A stretch of DNA of 64,000 nucleotides from Ignavibacteriota bacterium (GCA_963808715.1 CAWEHG010000036.1:8391-72390), one strand, 5' to 3'; counted from the stretch's first letter, positions 7,943 through 20,201 are shown. The notes: a model not told the origin generated them from the sequence alone. Numbers and translations are program-made.

Positions 7943-8135
7943 CAGGTGCGTGAATGGTCCCTTCGGCGCGAAGGTTCAGCGGTACGGGAGGAAAATAGCC
8001 AAGAAGAGCGCAAGAGTCAATTGCGTGCAGAGGATCTGGAGTTGAGGGATAGCGCCCGCAATGACGGGCCAATGCCATTGGCAGGGGTGAATTGCGGTTC
8101 TACGATGAGAAGATGTTTGGATCTTTTCTGATCGG

Positions 8136-10030
8136 CTACTTGAGCAACAAGCATACGTTTTGTTTCGACGTGGTTCCCTGCCCTGAGACGGTACAGGTAG
8201 GTCCCCGAGGCCAGCTGCCCCGCGTCGAAGTGCAGCGTATACTCCCCCGGCGCCTTCCGCTCGTCCACCAGCGTGGCGACCTCCCTCCCGAGCAGATCGA
8301 ACACCGCAATGTTGACCTGACCGAATTCCGATATCCGATATCTGATCTCCGAATTCATGTTGAACGGGTTGGGATAGTTCTGGAAGAGCCGCGCCTCGAA
8401 GGGAACGTCCGCGAGCGGAGAAAGACCGAGCGGCACCCCCTCCATCGGCAGCTCCACGTACGACGGATCAGCGCCCCCCAGGTAGACCGTCGCCGAAGCG
8501 TTCGAGAGCATGGGGATCGTGAACGGGTATTTCCCCCACGTCGGACGGTTGTTCGCATCCACGTTCGTCAGCTCGATCCGGATCTTGTTGCCCTTCGTGA
8601 ACCTGTGCGCGTGCGCGATCCCTTCCACGTCAACCACCCCCGCAGAGCCCGGGATCCAATCCCTCTGCGGTGAAGACGACCCGGTTCACAAAATACTTCG
8701 CCCCGGAGGGGTCCACTTCGTAGACGTGCAGGTGGAGCGGGAACTGCCGCGAATCCGACCGGACCTGAAGGCGCATACGCGGCACGCCGAACCACTGGAG
8801 ATCCCTCGTGAGCGGCTCCGTGGTGAATGCCAGGACCTTCTTCGGGATGACCCTGTCGAAGTAGGCGCCCTGGAAGTTCTCCCAGTACCCCATCTCGAAC
8901 GTATAGCCGGTGTCCATCACCGAGTTCACCAGCCGGAGGGAATCCCTCTTCCCCGCGGGCGACCAGTATGACAGCGCAGAGTCCCTGTCCAGGTAGAAAC
9001 GGAACGGCTGCGTGGTTGCGGGGGGCCAGGCGGACATCGATGTGTGCGCCCAGGTGAAGTTCCCGGCACTGTCCATCGGGAGCGAGCTGTAGCCGCAGAC
9101 CACAGGGGATTCGGCGAGGATGCCCGTGGCTTCGCCCTTCAGGAAATAGCCGAACCACCGGCTGACCTGGTCGAACTGGACCGAATACTCGCCCTGGGAG
9201 TCGTCGGAAAAATGTCCCCCGGTCCCGAGGTAGAGCCTCTTGACCGCAGGGTAGCGCCGGTACATCTCGATCCCTTCAGCCGGCGTGAAGTAATGGTCCT
9301 GCCACTTCAGGAGGAGCGCCAGAGGGATGTTCGAACGGTCCAGCGCGGCCGTGTCGAGGTCCCGCGTGCGGCAGAGCAGACGGCGGAGCGAGTCCAGCTG
9401 ATCGGTCGCGAGAAGCTGCCAGAGGGTGTCGCGGACAGGGGCGTACCGCACCGACTGCGAACGGAAGAGCAGCATCAGCGTCCGGCGCGCCGAGCCGTTG
9501 GAGAGCATGTCGGAGGCCCAGTGCGGGACGATCACGTTGGCCGAGACGGCGCGAATGCCCGGGGTGTCCATCAACGCCCAGAGAGCGTGCAACCCTCCCT
9601 GCGAGCCTCCCGAGACGCCGATCGCGGTGGAATCGACGGAGGGGAGTTTTTTCGCGAACTGCAGGACCCGCCGAAAATCCTCACGCTCCTGCGAACCCAT
9701 GATGCTGGACAGCCCGCTGGAGTTGCCGTGACCCCGCACGGTGATCGCCAGCGTGGCGTATCCCATCCGGGCGTAGATCTCGCAGTTGGGGATCTCGTCG
9801 TTCTTGTCCAGCCCGAATCCGTGGACGAAGACCAGTACGGGGAACCCCTTCGGGGGCGGAGCGGTCGGGGGAAGAACGTAGGTGGCATCGAGGCTGTCCG
9901 CGGGACCGACCGGGATCCAGGTGTCGTAGCGGGTCTGTGAGAAGGCGGTAGAAAGTCCCAGGATCAGGATAGCCGCCACGCCGATGGCGTGGTAAACTCC
10001 GACGCCTGAGACGCGGAGACATATTTGCAT
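8136..10030 (-). CDS. Secreted alpha/beta hydrolase (CocE/NonD / X-Pro dipeptidyl-peptidase S15-like) with T9SS C-terminal domain; 2 frame changes
   Basis: ORF 8630..10030 has a signal peptide (..AIGVAAILILGLSTAFSQ) and the nucleophile elbow GVSGGSQGG. It continues after ~8640 in ORF 8017..8637 with the T9SS domain: ..LFQNYPNPFNMNSEIRY..DLLGREVATLVDE..GTYLYRLRAG..TKRML. One more slip hides the expected ..LLLK* stop (TAG 8136-8138). Confidence 0.75.
9972..10005 (+). repeat. 34-nt hairpin-containing repeat, copy 1 (GCCGCCACGCCGATGGCGTGGTAAACTCCGACGC)
   Basis: It matches 59574-59607 at 32 of 34 positions. The 7-bp stem is CCACGCC/GGCGTGG with a 3-nt loop. It lies about 30 nt downstream of the CotH-BNR stop codon, inside the annotated 5' end of the hydrolase ORF. 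Confidence 0.6.
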
Positions 10031-10034
10031 ACTC

Positions 10035-12942
10035 TCACTTCAAAATCACCATTTTCTTCGTGAGTGCCCTCCCTCCCGCCATCAGGCGATACAGATACAC
10101 GCCGGATGCCAGCCTTCCTGCGTCAAACCGGACCGAATAGACCCCCGGAGCCATATTTTCGCGCACAATAGTGGCCACCTGCCTCCCCAGAAGGTCGTAG
10201 ACCACCAGTTCCACCCTGGCTCCAGCCCCGTTCCCCGGCCACCGGGCCCGTCTCCATTGGACCGCTCACCCGGGATCGTGAAGGCGATCGTGGTGACCGG
10301 GTTGAACGGGTTCGGATAGTTCTGTTCGAGCGCGAACTCCGTCGGCACCGCGGTCGCGGCCGCCGGGACCTGTGTGGTGGTACCCGCCGAGGCTGTCGTG
10401 AGGATCGTTCCGCCGCTGCCGACCGCGAACCCGTGCGAGGGGTCGGTGAAGAGGAGCGCCTGCAGGTCGTGCGTGTCGGCGGTGTACTGGCTGAACCAGC
10501 TGCTCCCCTGGTCCGTCGTGTAGTAGATCGACCCGTTCTCGCCGGCCGCGAAGGCTCTGGCAACATCCTCAGGCCAGACCGCCTTCAGAGAGACGGACTT
10601 CGGAAAAACCTTCCGCGTCCAGGTCGCCCCCGAATCGGCGGAGAAGAGGACCGCGCCGCTGTCGCCCGCCGCCCAGCAATATTTCCCCACGAACGAACGG
10701 ACCGCATGCAGCGTCATCCCGCCGGCGGTGTGCTTCAGACTCCAGCTGCTCCCGGCGTCGGTGGAGAGAAGGATCCTTCCCTTCCCCCCCACCGCGAGTA
10801 TACGGGACGACGTGAGCGGATGCAGCGCACGATACGACACCGTGCTATCCACCGCCCGTGGGGACCAGGTGGCGCCGTTGTCGGTCGACCTGAAGAGGAC
10901 TCCGTCACCGGCGAGAAGTCGGGGTCCGCCCGTCACGGTGGCGAGGGCATAGAGATCTTTCCTTGTGGCGATATTTACCCGCGTCCAGTTCGAACCGTCA
11001 CTGCTCCGGTACAACGACCCGACCGCGCCGCAGGCCATCCAGTCCGATCCGGCGGTCAGGCCGTAGAGGGGCGTCGATTGTCCCGTGTACGATTCTGCCC
11101 AGGTCGCACCGCCGTCCGTGCTGTGGAGGAACAACCCCTGATCCCCGGCGAGGCCGAGATGTGTGGGAGCCATCCGGTCGATCGCGGAGAACCTGTGCCA
11201 GAGGGAGAGGAGCGGCAGGCGGTTCCACTTCTGCGTGTAGGTGCCGGACATCAGGAGAGCGATGTGCTTCCCCGGGCCGGCAAGAACCTCCGTCACCCCA
11301 TCGATCGTAGCGAAGTTGCCGTGAGTGTTGACGCGAGAGATCAGTCCCCGGTACGACGACCCATCGTACCCGAACCCCCGGAGCATCCGTTCGTCCTGGA
11401 CATCTTGCGAGACCTCCCGTGTGTCGAGCGAGTAGTCGCTGTACTCCCACCGGACGGTGGCGGTGAACCTGGCTGTCTCCGGATAGGGGGTGAGTTCGAG
11501 GTAGCGGCGGACGTGGCCGCGCTCCGGGGTTCCGGCGATACCCGGAGGTATCTTGTCAGGATAGACCCGCACCAGAATACTGTCAAGCCCGTTCATCGTT
11601 GAAAACCAGAGCGTCGCGATCTGCCGGCCGTCGTAGGCCACGCGTGATACGGAACGTTCAGCGTCTTCGGCGCCAGCATCACCATCTCGTATTCGCCGCG
11701 GGGGGGATGGATGAACGTGGAGAGCAGGTAGTTCCGCCGTGCGGTGACGTAATATTTCAGGGTTTCCACGTGGTCCAGGAAATCCTGGTAGGTCCCCCAC
11801 GGGCCGGGTTCCTCCCGGACCATCGGCGCCACCAGCGCGGCGAGGCTGTCGATGCGGCGGTGGAACCGCTCTTCCGTCCAGATGGTCGTCAGCACCGTGT
11901 CCAGGTAGGCGCGGAGGCGTTCCATCAGGACGGGCGAACGTTTCCATCCGTCCTTCAGGACGCTGGAGGGACCGGAGAGGGGTTCGAACGTGTAGGCGAA
12001 GCCGTCATTGAGCAGCAGGGCCGGGTACGGGATGTTGAAATCGCCGTTCCGTCCCCAGGAGAGGTCGTAGTCCCACGGGATCACACTCCAGCGGCGGGGG
12101 GTGCGCGTGGTGTCGTAGAGGAGGTAGTAGTTCTTGTCGTAGCTGTCGCCCGACATCGTCAGCACGTTCGCGGCGAACCATTGCAGGACGGTCCGGCTGT
12201 CGAACAGCGCGTCCACGGCCGCGGGGAACGAGGCGCTGTCGGCGGCGTTCAGCGCGGTGATCAGGGCGGTCAGGTCGGAGTAGTCGTTGGCGTCTCCGAT
12301 CTCCTTCTCATAGTAGAGCTTGAGCAGCGAGTCGGGCTGGACCGCCAGGTCGGCCAGGGTGTAGAGGTCCGAGGCGGAATACATCGGCGACGTGCTGGTC
12401 CGCCCCCGGTTCTTCAGAAAGTACTTGTCGATCTTGTCGACCTGCAGGTAGAGCCCCTGGTAACGGTCGTTGATCCGCAGCTTCGTGTGGCTCGCCCTGG
12501 GCGCGAGGGCCCCCATGTCGGCGTAGAGCTCCCATGCCAGCCGCTCCCGCATGAACGAACGGTCGGTGTACATCGGGTTCAGGTTGATCTGGCGGATCTT
12601 TTCGAAGTCGGCGGAAAACTTGAGGCGAAAGGCCTTCTTCGGGTAGTAGCGGGTGGAGTGTCCCTTGAAACGGATTCCGGCGTCGGTGCGGAGGGAGTCC
12701 CGGTAGGCGACGGAGATCGTGGGAAGGTAGACGTCACTGAACGGGTCGCGCTGGTAGAGGGTGTCGTAGAGGGCGGGGTCCATGCGGACGTTCCACTCCG
12801 GCACCTGCGCCTGGCCCGGCACCTCAATGAAAAGAGATAGAGAGCCACGGAGGCACGGAGGCACAGAGAAAAGCATTCCTGGAATGGGTTTTTCCCTTGT
12901 CCTCTTTGTGACTCCGTCTCTCCGTGACTCCGTGGCATTCAT
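10035..12942 (-). CDS. CotH kinase-like domain fused to a BNR/Asp-box beta-propeller (Ycf48-like) and a T9SS C-terminal domain; at least 3 frame changes
   Basis: ORF 11593..12942 is CotH-like (..IRFKGHSTRYYPKKAFRLKF.., ..NYYLLYDTTRTPRRWSVIPWDYDLSWG..). It joins near ~11640 to the real part of ORF 10082..11947, which carries Asp-boxes STDGGATW, SSDGSNW, STDNGATW, STDAGSSW, SADSGATW and TTDQGSSW, then ..LEQNYPNPFNPVTTIAF.. The tail, VELVVYDLLGRQVATIVRE..GVYLYRLMAGGRALTKKMVILK* (TGA 10035-10037), is in a third frame. The N-terminal start is uncertain. Confidence 0.7.
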
Positions 12943-13084
12943 GTAACATGGTACGAAGACTGGGGATCAGCTACAAGCGTCTTGCAGGGCAAGGGAGCTG
13001 AGGCATTGTATTTCCTGGACGAGATGACCCGGTTACCTTCGCTGCATCGATTCCGCTTGTCTCCCCACCACAGGAGGTTCCACA

Positions 13085-15178
13085 ATGGGAACGTCTCGAC
13101 GGCTGATTTACCATGTGATCATTCTGAGTTTCGTTACGTGCATCGCCAGCGCCCAGTGGACCCAGACCGCCGGTCCTGAAGGAGTCTATGCGAACGACTT
13201 CCTCGTCCGTGGCTCTTCGATATTCCTCGCGACAGACTACGCAGGGATCTTCCGTTCGAACGACAGCGGCCGGACATGGGCCACCGTAAACGTCTCCCTC
13301 GGCAATCGGGACGTGACCAGCCTTACCAGCCATGGGACGGACATGGTCGCGGGGACATCGATGTCCATCTACAGATCCACGAACGACGGAGCAAGCTGGT
13401 TCCTCATCGGCACGAGCCCACTCTACAGGGCGATTAATGACGTGGCATCGGTGGGAGGGAATTTGTATGCCGCAACCGACGTGGGTGTGTACAAGAGCAC
13501 CGACAGCGGGGGAGCTGGGATACCGTCAACACGGACCTGCCCAACCGCAGAGTGAATGTCTTTATGAGACGTGGCGACTCACTCCTGGCAGGCACATTGA
13601 AGGGTGTGGCACATACGATGAACGCCGGGGCAACGTGGATCCCCGACACGGCGGGTATGGGCGGGAAGAATGTCATGGCATTGTTCGATGCGGGGGACGC
13701 TCTTTATGCAGGAACCACAGAGGGGGTGTTCTCGCTCCACGAACGGCGGAACGAACTGGACCCTCGTCGGCACCGGAATGGTCTACCGCACCGTCAGGGG
13801 ACTGGATGCTTACGCGGGAAAGCTCTTCGCCGCCACACAGGGGGGTGGCGTGTACGTGAGCACGGACAACGGAGACCACTGGGCGCAATCGAACCAGGGG
13901 ATCACTCATTTGAACATCAACTGCCTTGCACGGCACGGGTCGGGGATCTTTGCCGGAGCCGAGAACGGCGATATGCACTTCTCCTCCGACGGCGGCGCGA
14001 CATGGACGCCCCGTAACACCGGCCTCTTGAACGCGACGCTGCGAGCTTTCGCCTGGCATGGGAAATCGCTTTTCTGCGCGACGGCGGGACGGGGGGTGTT
14101 CAGGTCCACTGATGCCGGCGCGACGTGGGCTCAGAGGAGCAGCGCCCTCCCGCTGACGGTCTACGCGCTTATTTCATTCGGGGGGAAACTTCTCGCCGGA
14201 ACCGCAATGAACGGCGTCTTCGCATCGACCGACAGCGCGTTGTCGTGGAAGGCCGCCACGTTTCCGAGCGTTGATGTCAAGGCATTCGCCCGCGCGGAAT
14301 CCACCCTGTATGCCGGGACACCCAGCGGCGGCGTCTATGTCTCAACGGACACCGGAGCCACCTGGGTGCAGCGAAAGAACGGGCTCACGTCGTTGAATGT
14401 GTGGTGCCTGTTGTCTCTGGACACGTCGGTCCTCGCCGGGACCGACAACGGCATTTTCTCCACCACGGATCGCGGACTCAACTGGGTCTCCCGGTCGGCG
14501 GGCCTGCCGTCGAACAGCGTCCGGGCTCTGACGCGGCGCGGCAGCACGTTAATGGCCGGGACATACGGCGGCGGGACATTTGTCAGCGCCAACGGCGGGG
14601 CTTCGTGGACCTCCGAAAAAACCGGGTTGGGTGGTGACTACGTGTACAGCCTCCTGACGGTTGGGACGAACATTTTCGCCGGGGTTGCCGTCACCGGCAC
14701 GCTCTACAGAACCACAAACGACGGGAAATCGTGGACGGGTGTGTATACAGGCATGGACTTCTACACCGTCGCCTACGCGCTTGCCGCGGGTGCAACGCAC
14801 CTGTATGCAGGCACCCAGGGCCTGTCGGTCTGGCGCAGACCCCTGGCGGAAGTGCTGGTGAGTGTCGCCTTCGGCACCGGATGACGTTCCACTCGTTTTT
14901 GCCTCCGGCAGAACTATCCGAACCCGTTTAACCCGGTCACGACGATCGAGTACTCTGTCCCAGCGGTCCGGGGCGGACCTTCGGATCCGGGGATCGTTCG
15001 GCTCGCAGGTGTTCGACCTGCTCGGGCGGGAGATCGCGAGACTGGTCGACGAGCGCGAAGCAAGCCGGGAAGTATTCGGGTCCGGTTCGACGCAGGCGGC
15101 CTTGCCTCCGGGATCTATCTCTACCGATTGACCGCTGGATCGTTCGTGAAGACACGGACGATGGTTCTCGTGCGGTGA
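13085..15178 (+). CDS. BNR/Asp-box multi-propeller protein with T9SS C-terminal domain; at least 4 frame changes
   Basis: Signal peptide MGTSRRLIYHVIILSFVTCIASAQ. There are about 13 Asp-boxes (SNDSGRTW, STNDGASW, STNGGTNW, STDNGDHW, SSDGGATW, STDAGATW, STDTGATW, TTDRGLNW, SANGGASW, TTNDGKSW..). The C-terminus reads ..RQNYPNPFNPVTTIEYSV.. ..GIYLYRLTAGSFVKTRTMVLVR* (TGA 15176-15178). The gene was pieced together from ORFs 13085..13555, 13552..14016, 13670..14884 and an unlisted tail. Confidence 0.75.
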
Positions 15179-15291
15179 ATTCCGGCGGAACTCGCGGGGT
15201 ATGACGTGCCGCTGAGCGCCGATCCTCCTTCTTTTTCGTGGATTCCTCGGTGCTCAAGGAGTATATTCGAACCACAATCTCACCCAATTCC

Positions 15292-16616
15292 ATGACTCTT
15301 CGGTACGCCCCCGGCACTCTGACCGGCCGCGGCACAGTCCCGCGTTCCGCCGGCGCCGCGCGCTCAACTGGCTCACGCTCGGGTTGACCTACGCCTCGAT
15401 GTACATGGGGCGCTACAACCTCTCGTTCGCCAACAAGGCGCTCTCCGACACCTACGGGTGGGACAAGACCCAGATCGGCACGATCATCACCGCCGCGCTG
15501 ACGATCTACGGGATCTCGGCGCTCTTTAACGGCCCGCTGGCCGACCGGATCGGCGGACGGAAGGCGATGCTGATCGGGGTGATGGGATCGGTCGTTTTCA
15601 ACATCGCGTTCGGTCTGGGAGCCTACGTCGGGTTCCTCGGCACCGGCACCGCCCTGCTGGCCTACTTCGCCACCGCCTGGGCGATGAACGCCTACTTCCA
15701 GTCGTACAGCGCGCTGGCGCTGATCAAGGTGAACTCCGGCTGGTTCCACGTCCGCGAGCGCGGCGTGTTCTCCGCGATCTTCGGCTCGATGATCCAGAGC
15801 GGACGGGCGCTGATCTTTTTCGTCGGCGGGATCGCCGTGGCGGTCCTCCCCTGGCAGTGGGTCTTCTTCATCCCGGCCGGGGTGATGGCGCTGATGGGCG
15901 TTCTGACGTTCCTCTTCGTACGCGACTCACCTGAAGAAGCGGGGCATCCCGGGTTCGACACCGCGGACGCGTCCAGCGGCGACACGGAGAAGGTGAACCT
16001 CAAGTACCTGGTCAAGAAGGTGTTCACCAATCCGGTCACGGTCACCATCGCGATCGCCGAATTCTGCACCGGGTTCGTGCGGCACGGGTTCGAGCAGTGG
16101 TTCCCCCGCTACATGCAGGAGGCGCAGCATCTGGCGCTCGACTCGGGGGTCTTTCAGAAGGGGGCATTTATCGTGGTGCTCGCCGGGATCGCCGGGGCGT
16201 TCGCCGCGGGGACGGTCTCCGACTGGGTCTTCAGGTCGCGCCGTCCGCCGGTGGCGTTCATCGGGTACGTGCTGCAGGTCGGCTGCCTGGCGGTGGTCTG
16301 GCTCTCACCGGGACTGGAGTGGATCATCGGCGCGTTCGTGGTCAACTCGTTCGCGATCAGCATGGTCCATTCGATGCTGTCGGGGACCGCGTCGATGGAT
16401 TTCGGCGGACGGAAGGCGGCCGCCACCGCCACCGGGATGTTCGACGGGATGCAGTACATCGGCGGGGCGGTGGTGGGAACCGGAATGGGCTGGATGCTCG
16501 AGACCTTCGGCTGGGGGGTGTGGGGCCCCAGCATGATCGGGTTCTCGTTCATCGGGGCGATGCTGATGCTCCGCCTCTGGAACGCGGTGCCCGGCAAAGG
16601 CGCCGGAGGACACTAG
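15292..16616 (+). CDS. MFS transporter (organophosphate:Pi antiporter/GlpT-UhpC-like); 1 frame change near the start
   Basis: ORF 15384..16616 is multi-TM and carries the MFS signature ..GPLADRIGGRKAML.. The probable true start is ATG 15292 (MTLRYAPGTL..), joined near ~15340 to ..AFRRRRALNWLTLGLTYASMY.. Confidence 0.75.
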
Positions 16617-16634
16617 AGCCGCTTCCCAGAGCCT

Positions 16635-17347
16635 TTACTCCTTCACCAGCGTGGAGATAGCTTCGACGACCCGCTCGAGTTCTGCGGCGATGAGGGCGGG
16701 GTCGAGGGTCTTCTCGGGTTCGTTCTCGAAGACCGCGTACGGGATCTTGAACCCTTTCACCTCGATGAACTTCGGGTCCTTCGCCGCGAGTGTTTCCCAG
16801 TCGTTGGTCTTGTAGTAGAACTCCATCTTCTCGTCCGGCAGCGAGTGGTAGAGGATCGAGTCCTCCTCCCCCTTCCGCGCCCGCCTGCGGTTCTTCCGCA
16901 CCGACTCCTCGTACGACACCTTGATGTAGATCAGCCGGGCCCGCTTCAGCACCTCTTCGTGCAGGTAGCCGAGCGCCTCCGCGATCCCGTTCTCGCCGCC
17001 GCGGGCGAATTCGACGAGGACCGTCCGGTCATCGTGATACCGCGGGTCCCTGGCGAGCTTCTTCCGGTAGGCCAGGTTGATCCGCTCGATGTAGAGGTTC
17101 CAGATGAAGTGCTCCTTGAACCAGTACTTCTCGTCGGTCCAGAGGCGGGGTTTGCCGTGGCGGGTCAGGATGTCGTCGACCTCGAAGGTCTCCCAGACGT
17201 AGAGGAAGTCGTCCAGCTCTTCGAACTCGCCGATGTGGAAGCGTTCGCGGCGCTCCACCGGGTCGAGTTTCTTGAGGAAGTCGATCAGCTCGGACTTGCC
17301 GGCCGCGGGACGGCCGGTGATGATCAGATCGGGAAAGGTATCGGCAT
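16635..17347 (-). CDS. P-loop NTPase / small-molecule-kinase-like protein of unknown function
   Basis: ORF 16635..17258 extends upstream to ATG 17347 through a slip just after the start. Walker A: ..LIITGRPAAGKSELIDFL.. I cannot make a finer family call from memory. Confidence 0.45.
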
Positions 17348-17366
17348 GGCGTGTCCTTTCGTCGAC

Positions 17367-18868
17367 TTACCTGGTGTTCTGGATGCGGGTGGTGACCGAC
17401 GGCCCGACCGTCCCGGCCTTCTTCACCGCCGATTCGACCGCGCCGAACACCGACTGCTTCAGATAGATCGGTTTCGGAATTTCCATGCCGAGGTAGTGCT
17501 TCGCCTCCCCGATCATGTAGTCGGAGGCGGCGCAGGTGTACATCCGGTCATCCTCCAGCGGCTTCCCCTGAACGGTGATCGCGGAGAACTCCGTGCGGCC
17601 GTCGCGCGTCATCCCCCACTCCGCCGCCACGCCGTTGATCTCGATCGCGGGGTTCGACTCCACGTAGTAGGAGAGAACACCGCGGAGCTCGAGGCCGCTG
17701 AGCTGGAACGTGCACAGAACATTCGCGAACGGGAGGATCTCGAAAAGGTCCTGCTTCGTCATCGGCCCCGCCTTCTGGTCCTTCCGGATGCCGTGCTTGT
17801 TCATGAAGCCGATCTCCGCTCCGGCGGCCTCGCGCTGGGCGTTGGCGATGAACTGCCCGATCTCCGTCTCCCCTTTCCCGCGGATCCAGTCACCCGACAA
17901 CTTCCCGATCACCGCGGAATAGTCCCGGTCGATGGCCTGGTGGACGGAATCTATCAGCTTTCCGAGGGGCGAAGAAGAATCACGGTTCCGCACCCAGAGC
18001 TGGAGCAGCCGACCGTCGCTCGACGTCGACCCGGTCGTTCTCCACCGTCACCCGGAGTATCCCCAGGTTCTCCACGTTGGAGCCGGCCTGCACCATCAGC
18101 ACGCCGTTCACCACGGAGGGGGTCTTGAGCCGCGTGTGCGAGTGCCCCCCCACGATGATGTCCAGCCCCTTGCACCGCCTTCGCGAGCGCGGAATCCTCA
18201 TCGGCCCCCTGGTGGGTCAGCGCCACGATCAGGTCGGTCTTCGACTCCAGCTCGTCGATGTACTTCTGCGTGGTCTCGATCGGCGATTTGACCCGGATCC
18301 CGACCAGGTTGTTCTGGTTCACCAGGCCGTAGAGCCCCTGCGACATGATCCCGATGATCCCGATCTTCAGCCCGTTCCGTTCGACGATCTGATAGGGAGC
18401 GTTGCTCACGGCAAGCTCGCCCCGGTCGTTCACCACGTTGGCGTTGATCGTCGGGAACCGGGCGATCCGGGTGAGAGCGCGAAGGTTCTCCTGCGAAACG
18501 TCGAAGTCGTGGTTCCCCGGGGTCCAGAGGTCGTAGCCGATCATGTTCATCATCTCGAAGAGCACCCCGCCTCTGGCCCCGCGGTAGTCGTATTCCGTGA
18601 CCGGGTTGCCGGTCATGACGTCCCCTGCGTCCAGCAGCAGCGCCCCGGGGTATATTGCCCGGAGGCTGTCGACCGCAGCGGCCAGCTCGAGGAATCCGCC
18701 GACGAGGGGCTTTTTGTCCCCCTTCACCCACATCGCTTCGTGCGGGTAGTAGCCGGCGTGCATGTCGTTGGTGTGGAGGAAGACCACCTCTTTCGGCTGG
18801 GCTTGCGTCGGCGCTGTGCCGAGCGCCAGGGTGACGAATACAGCGGTGAAGATGCCGGTACGGGTCAT
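17367..18868 (-). CDS. Secreted bifunctional metallophosphatase / 5'-nucleotidase (UshA-like); 2 frame changes
   Basis: Signal peptide MTRTGIFTAVFVTLALGTAPTQA (ATG 18868). Metallophosphoesterase motifs: FLHTNDMHAG, LLLDAGDVMTGNP, TPGNHDFD, ALTHQG and VGGHSHT. The C-terminal 5'-nucleotidase domain lies in ORF 17367..17993. Pieces: 17954..19051, 17980..18201 and 17367..17993. Confidence 0.8.
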
Positions 18869-19026
18869 GGGAGGTTCTGGATGTGCGTGGATGTGGCTCG
18901 CTGGCCTGCGCCGAACGATCGGACGATCGAACCGTGACAAATATACAAAAGTCCGGTCTCCCTTTCCAGACACTTGACTTGCAACAGGATGTTCTCTAAC
19001 TTCGCCGCACGGAATGGGAGGTGACC

Positions 19027-19759
19027 ATGAAGACGAAACGACCGGCCACAAAGGGCCCCAAGGCCCGGATCATCTGGCTGGGACACTCTGCGTTCCACAT
19101 CGAGAGCCCCGGGGGCAAACACATACTGATCGACCCGTGGCTCGACAACCCGAAGGCGCCCCCGGACGCGAAGGTGTTGCCGGTCGTGGACCTGATCCTG
19201 ATCACCCACGGCCACGGGGACCACATGGGGAACGTGGTGGAGATCGCGAAGCGGACCAACGCCCCGGTCTACGCGATCTACGAGGTGGCGCTCTACCTGC
19301 AGAGCGCCGGCCTGCAGAACGTGGTGGGGATGAACATCTCCGGGAGCGCGACGGCCGCGGGGATCACCTTCACGATGGTCGAGGCGCGGCACAGCAGCAT
19401 GGTGGAAGAGGGAGGCGCACACCGGACCCGGCGGGACGCCGGCGGGGTTCGTGATCGTGCTGGAGAACGGGCTGACGCTGTATCATGCCGGAGACACCGG
19501 AGTGTTCGGCGACATGAAGCTGATCGCGGAGCTCTACCGTCCCTCGGTGGTGATGTTGCCGATCGGCGGGCTCTTCACGATGGGGCCGCGGGAGGCCGCG
19601 AAGGCCTGCACGCTGCTGGATCCGAAGGTGATCATCGGGATGCACTACGGGACGTTCCCGGTGCTGACCGGGACGCCGGCGGAGCTGAAGAAGCACCTGG
19701 TGCCGAGGCTGAAGCAGAGGGTCCAGGAGCTGGAGCCCGGGAAGCCGCTGGTGGTCTAG
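19027..19759 (+). CDS. Metallo-beta-lactamase-fold hydrolase (UPF0173-like); 1-2 frame changes
   Basis: ..WLGHSAFHIE.., ..ILITHGHGDHMG.., ..YHAGDTGVFGDM.., ..MHYGTFP.. The RBS GGGAGG lies 5 nt before ATG 19027. A slip at ~19430 joins ORF 19021..19899 to ORF 19451..19759. Confidence 0.7.
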
Positions 19760-19796
19760 CCCTGGCGTCTCTGCGAGAGACGTCACCAGCTGCATC

Positions 19797-20201
19797 CTAC
19801 TTCTTCCTTCTGTCGATCTCCCGGATGGCCGGGAAGACGATGGCGAGGATCAACGCAAAACGGACCGAGCCCTCCCAATCGACCAGTCCGGTTCCGTGAG
19901 CCAGCAGGCTGTACAGATAGCTCACCACCGCGCTGACAACGAAGACGAGAGCACCCGTGACGACAGCACCCTGAAGCAGATTCCGGAAGTTCATTCGTTT
20001 CTCTCCATGATCAGTGGTATCACCTGTTGAGCCGCTTTCGCCCGTCCCTCCCCGCCTCGCACGGCCGGCATGGCGCACGCTCTCGGAGAGCAGGTATTCG
20101 ATCTGCGCGTTGACGCTGCGCAGGTCGTCCGCCGCCCACTTCTCGAGCGTCTGCCACAGCTCTCCGTCGAGACGGAGGAGGAACCGCTTCTTCTCGCTCA
20201 T
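19797..20201 (-). CDS. Arc/MetJ-type ribbon-helix-helix DNA-binding domain with a C-terminal two-helix membrane segment (one fusion protein, or two merged small genes)
   Basis: The N-terminus [38 protein letters not shown] is an Arc-like RHH. The C-terminal ~65 aa contain ..[19 protein letters not shown].. and ..[12 protein letters not shown].. The ATG at 20201-20199 overlaps the SPFH stop codon (ATGA). Confidence 0.6.
   Translation of the reverse strand: MSEKKRFLLRLDGELWQTLEKWAADDLRSVNAQIEYLLSESVRHAGRARRGGTGESGSTGDTTDHGEKRMNFRNLLQGAVVTGALVFVVSAVVSYLYSLLAHGTGLVDWEGSVRFALILAIVFPAIREIDRRKK

Noticed and set aside
7158-8130. The intermediate-GC kinase block plus the island could be a horizontally acquired genomic island or prophage remnant.
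   Set aside because: There is no integrase, tRNA or tmRNA attachment site, flanking long direct repeats, or phage, IS or conjugation genes. The relic peptides are of the same STK-TPR type that such genomes usually carry in many paralogous copies, so a local decay or rearrangement origin fits better. A foreign origin for the A-rich repeat units themselves remains open (see findings).
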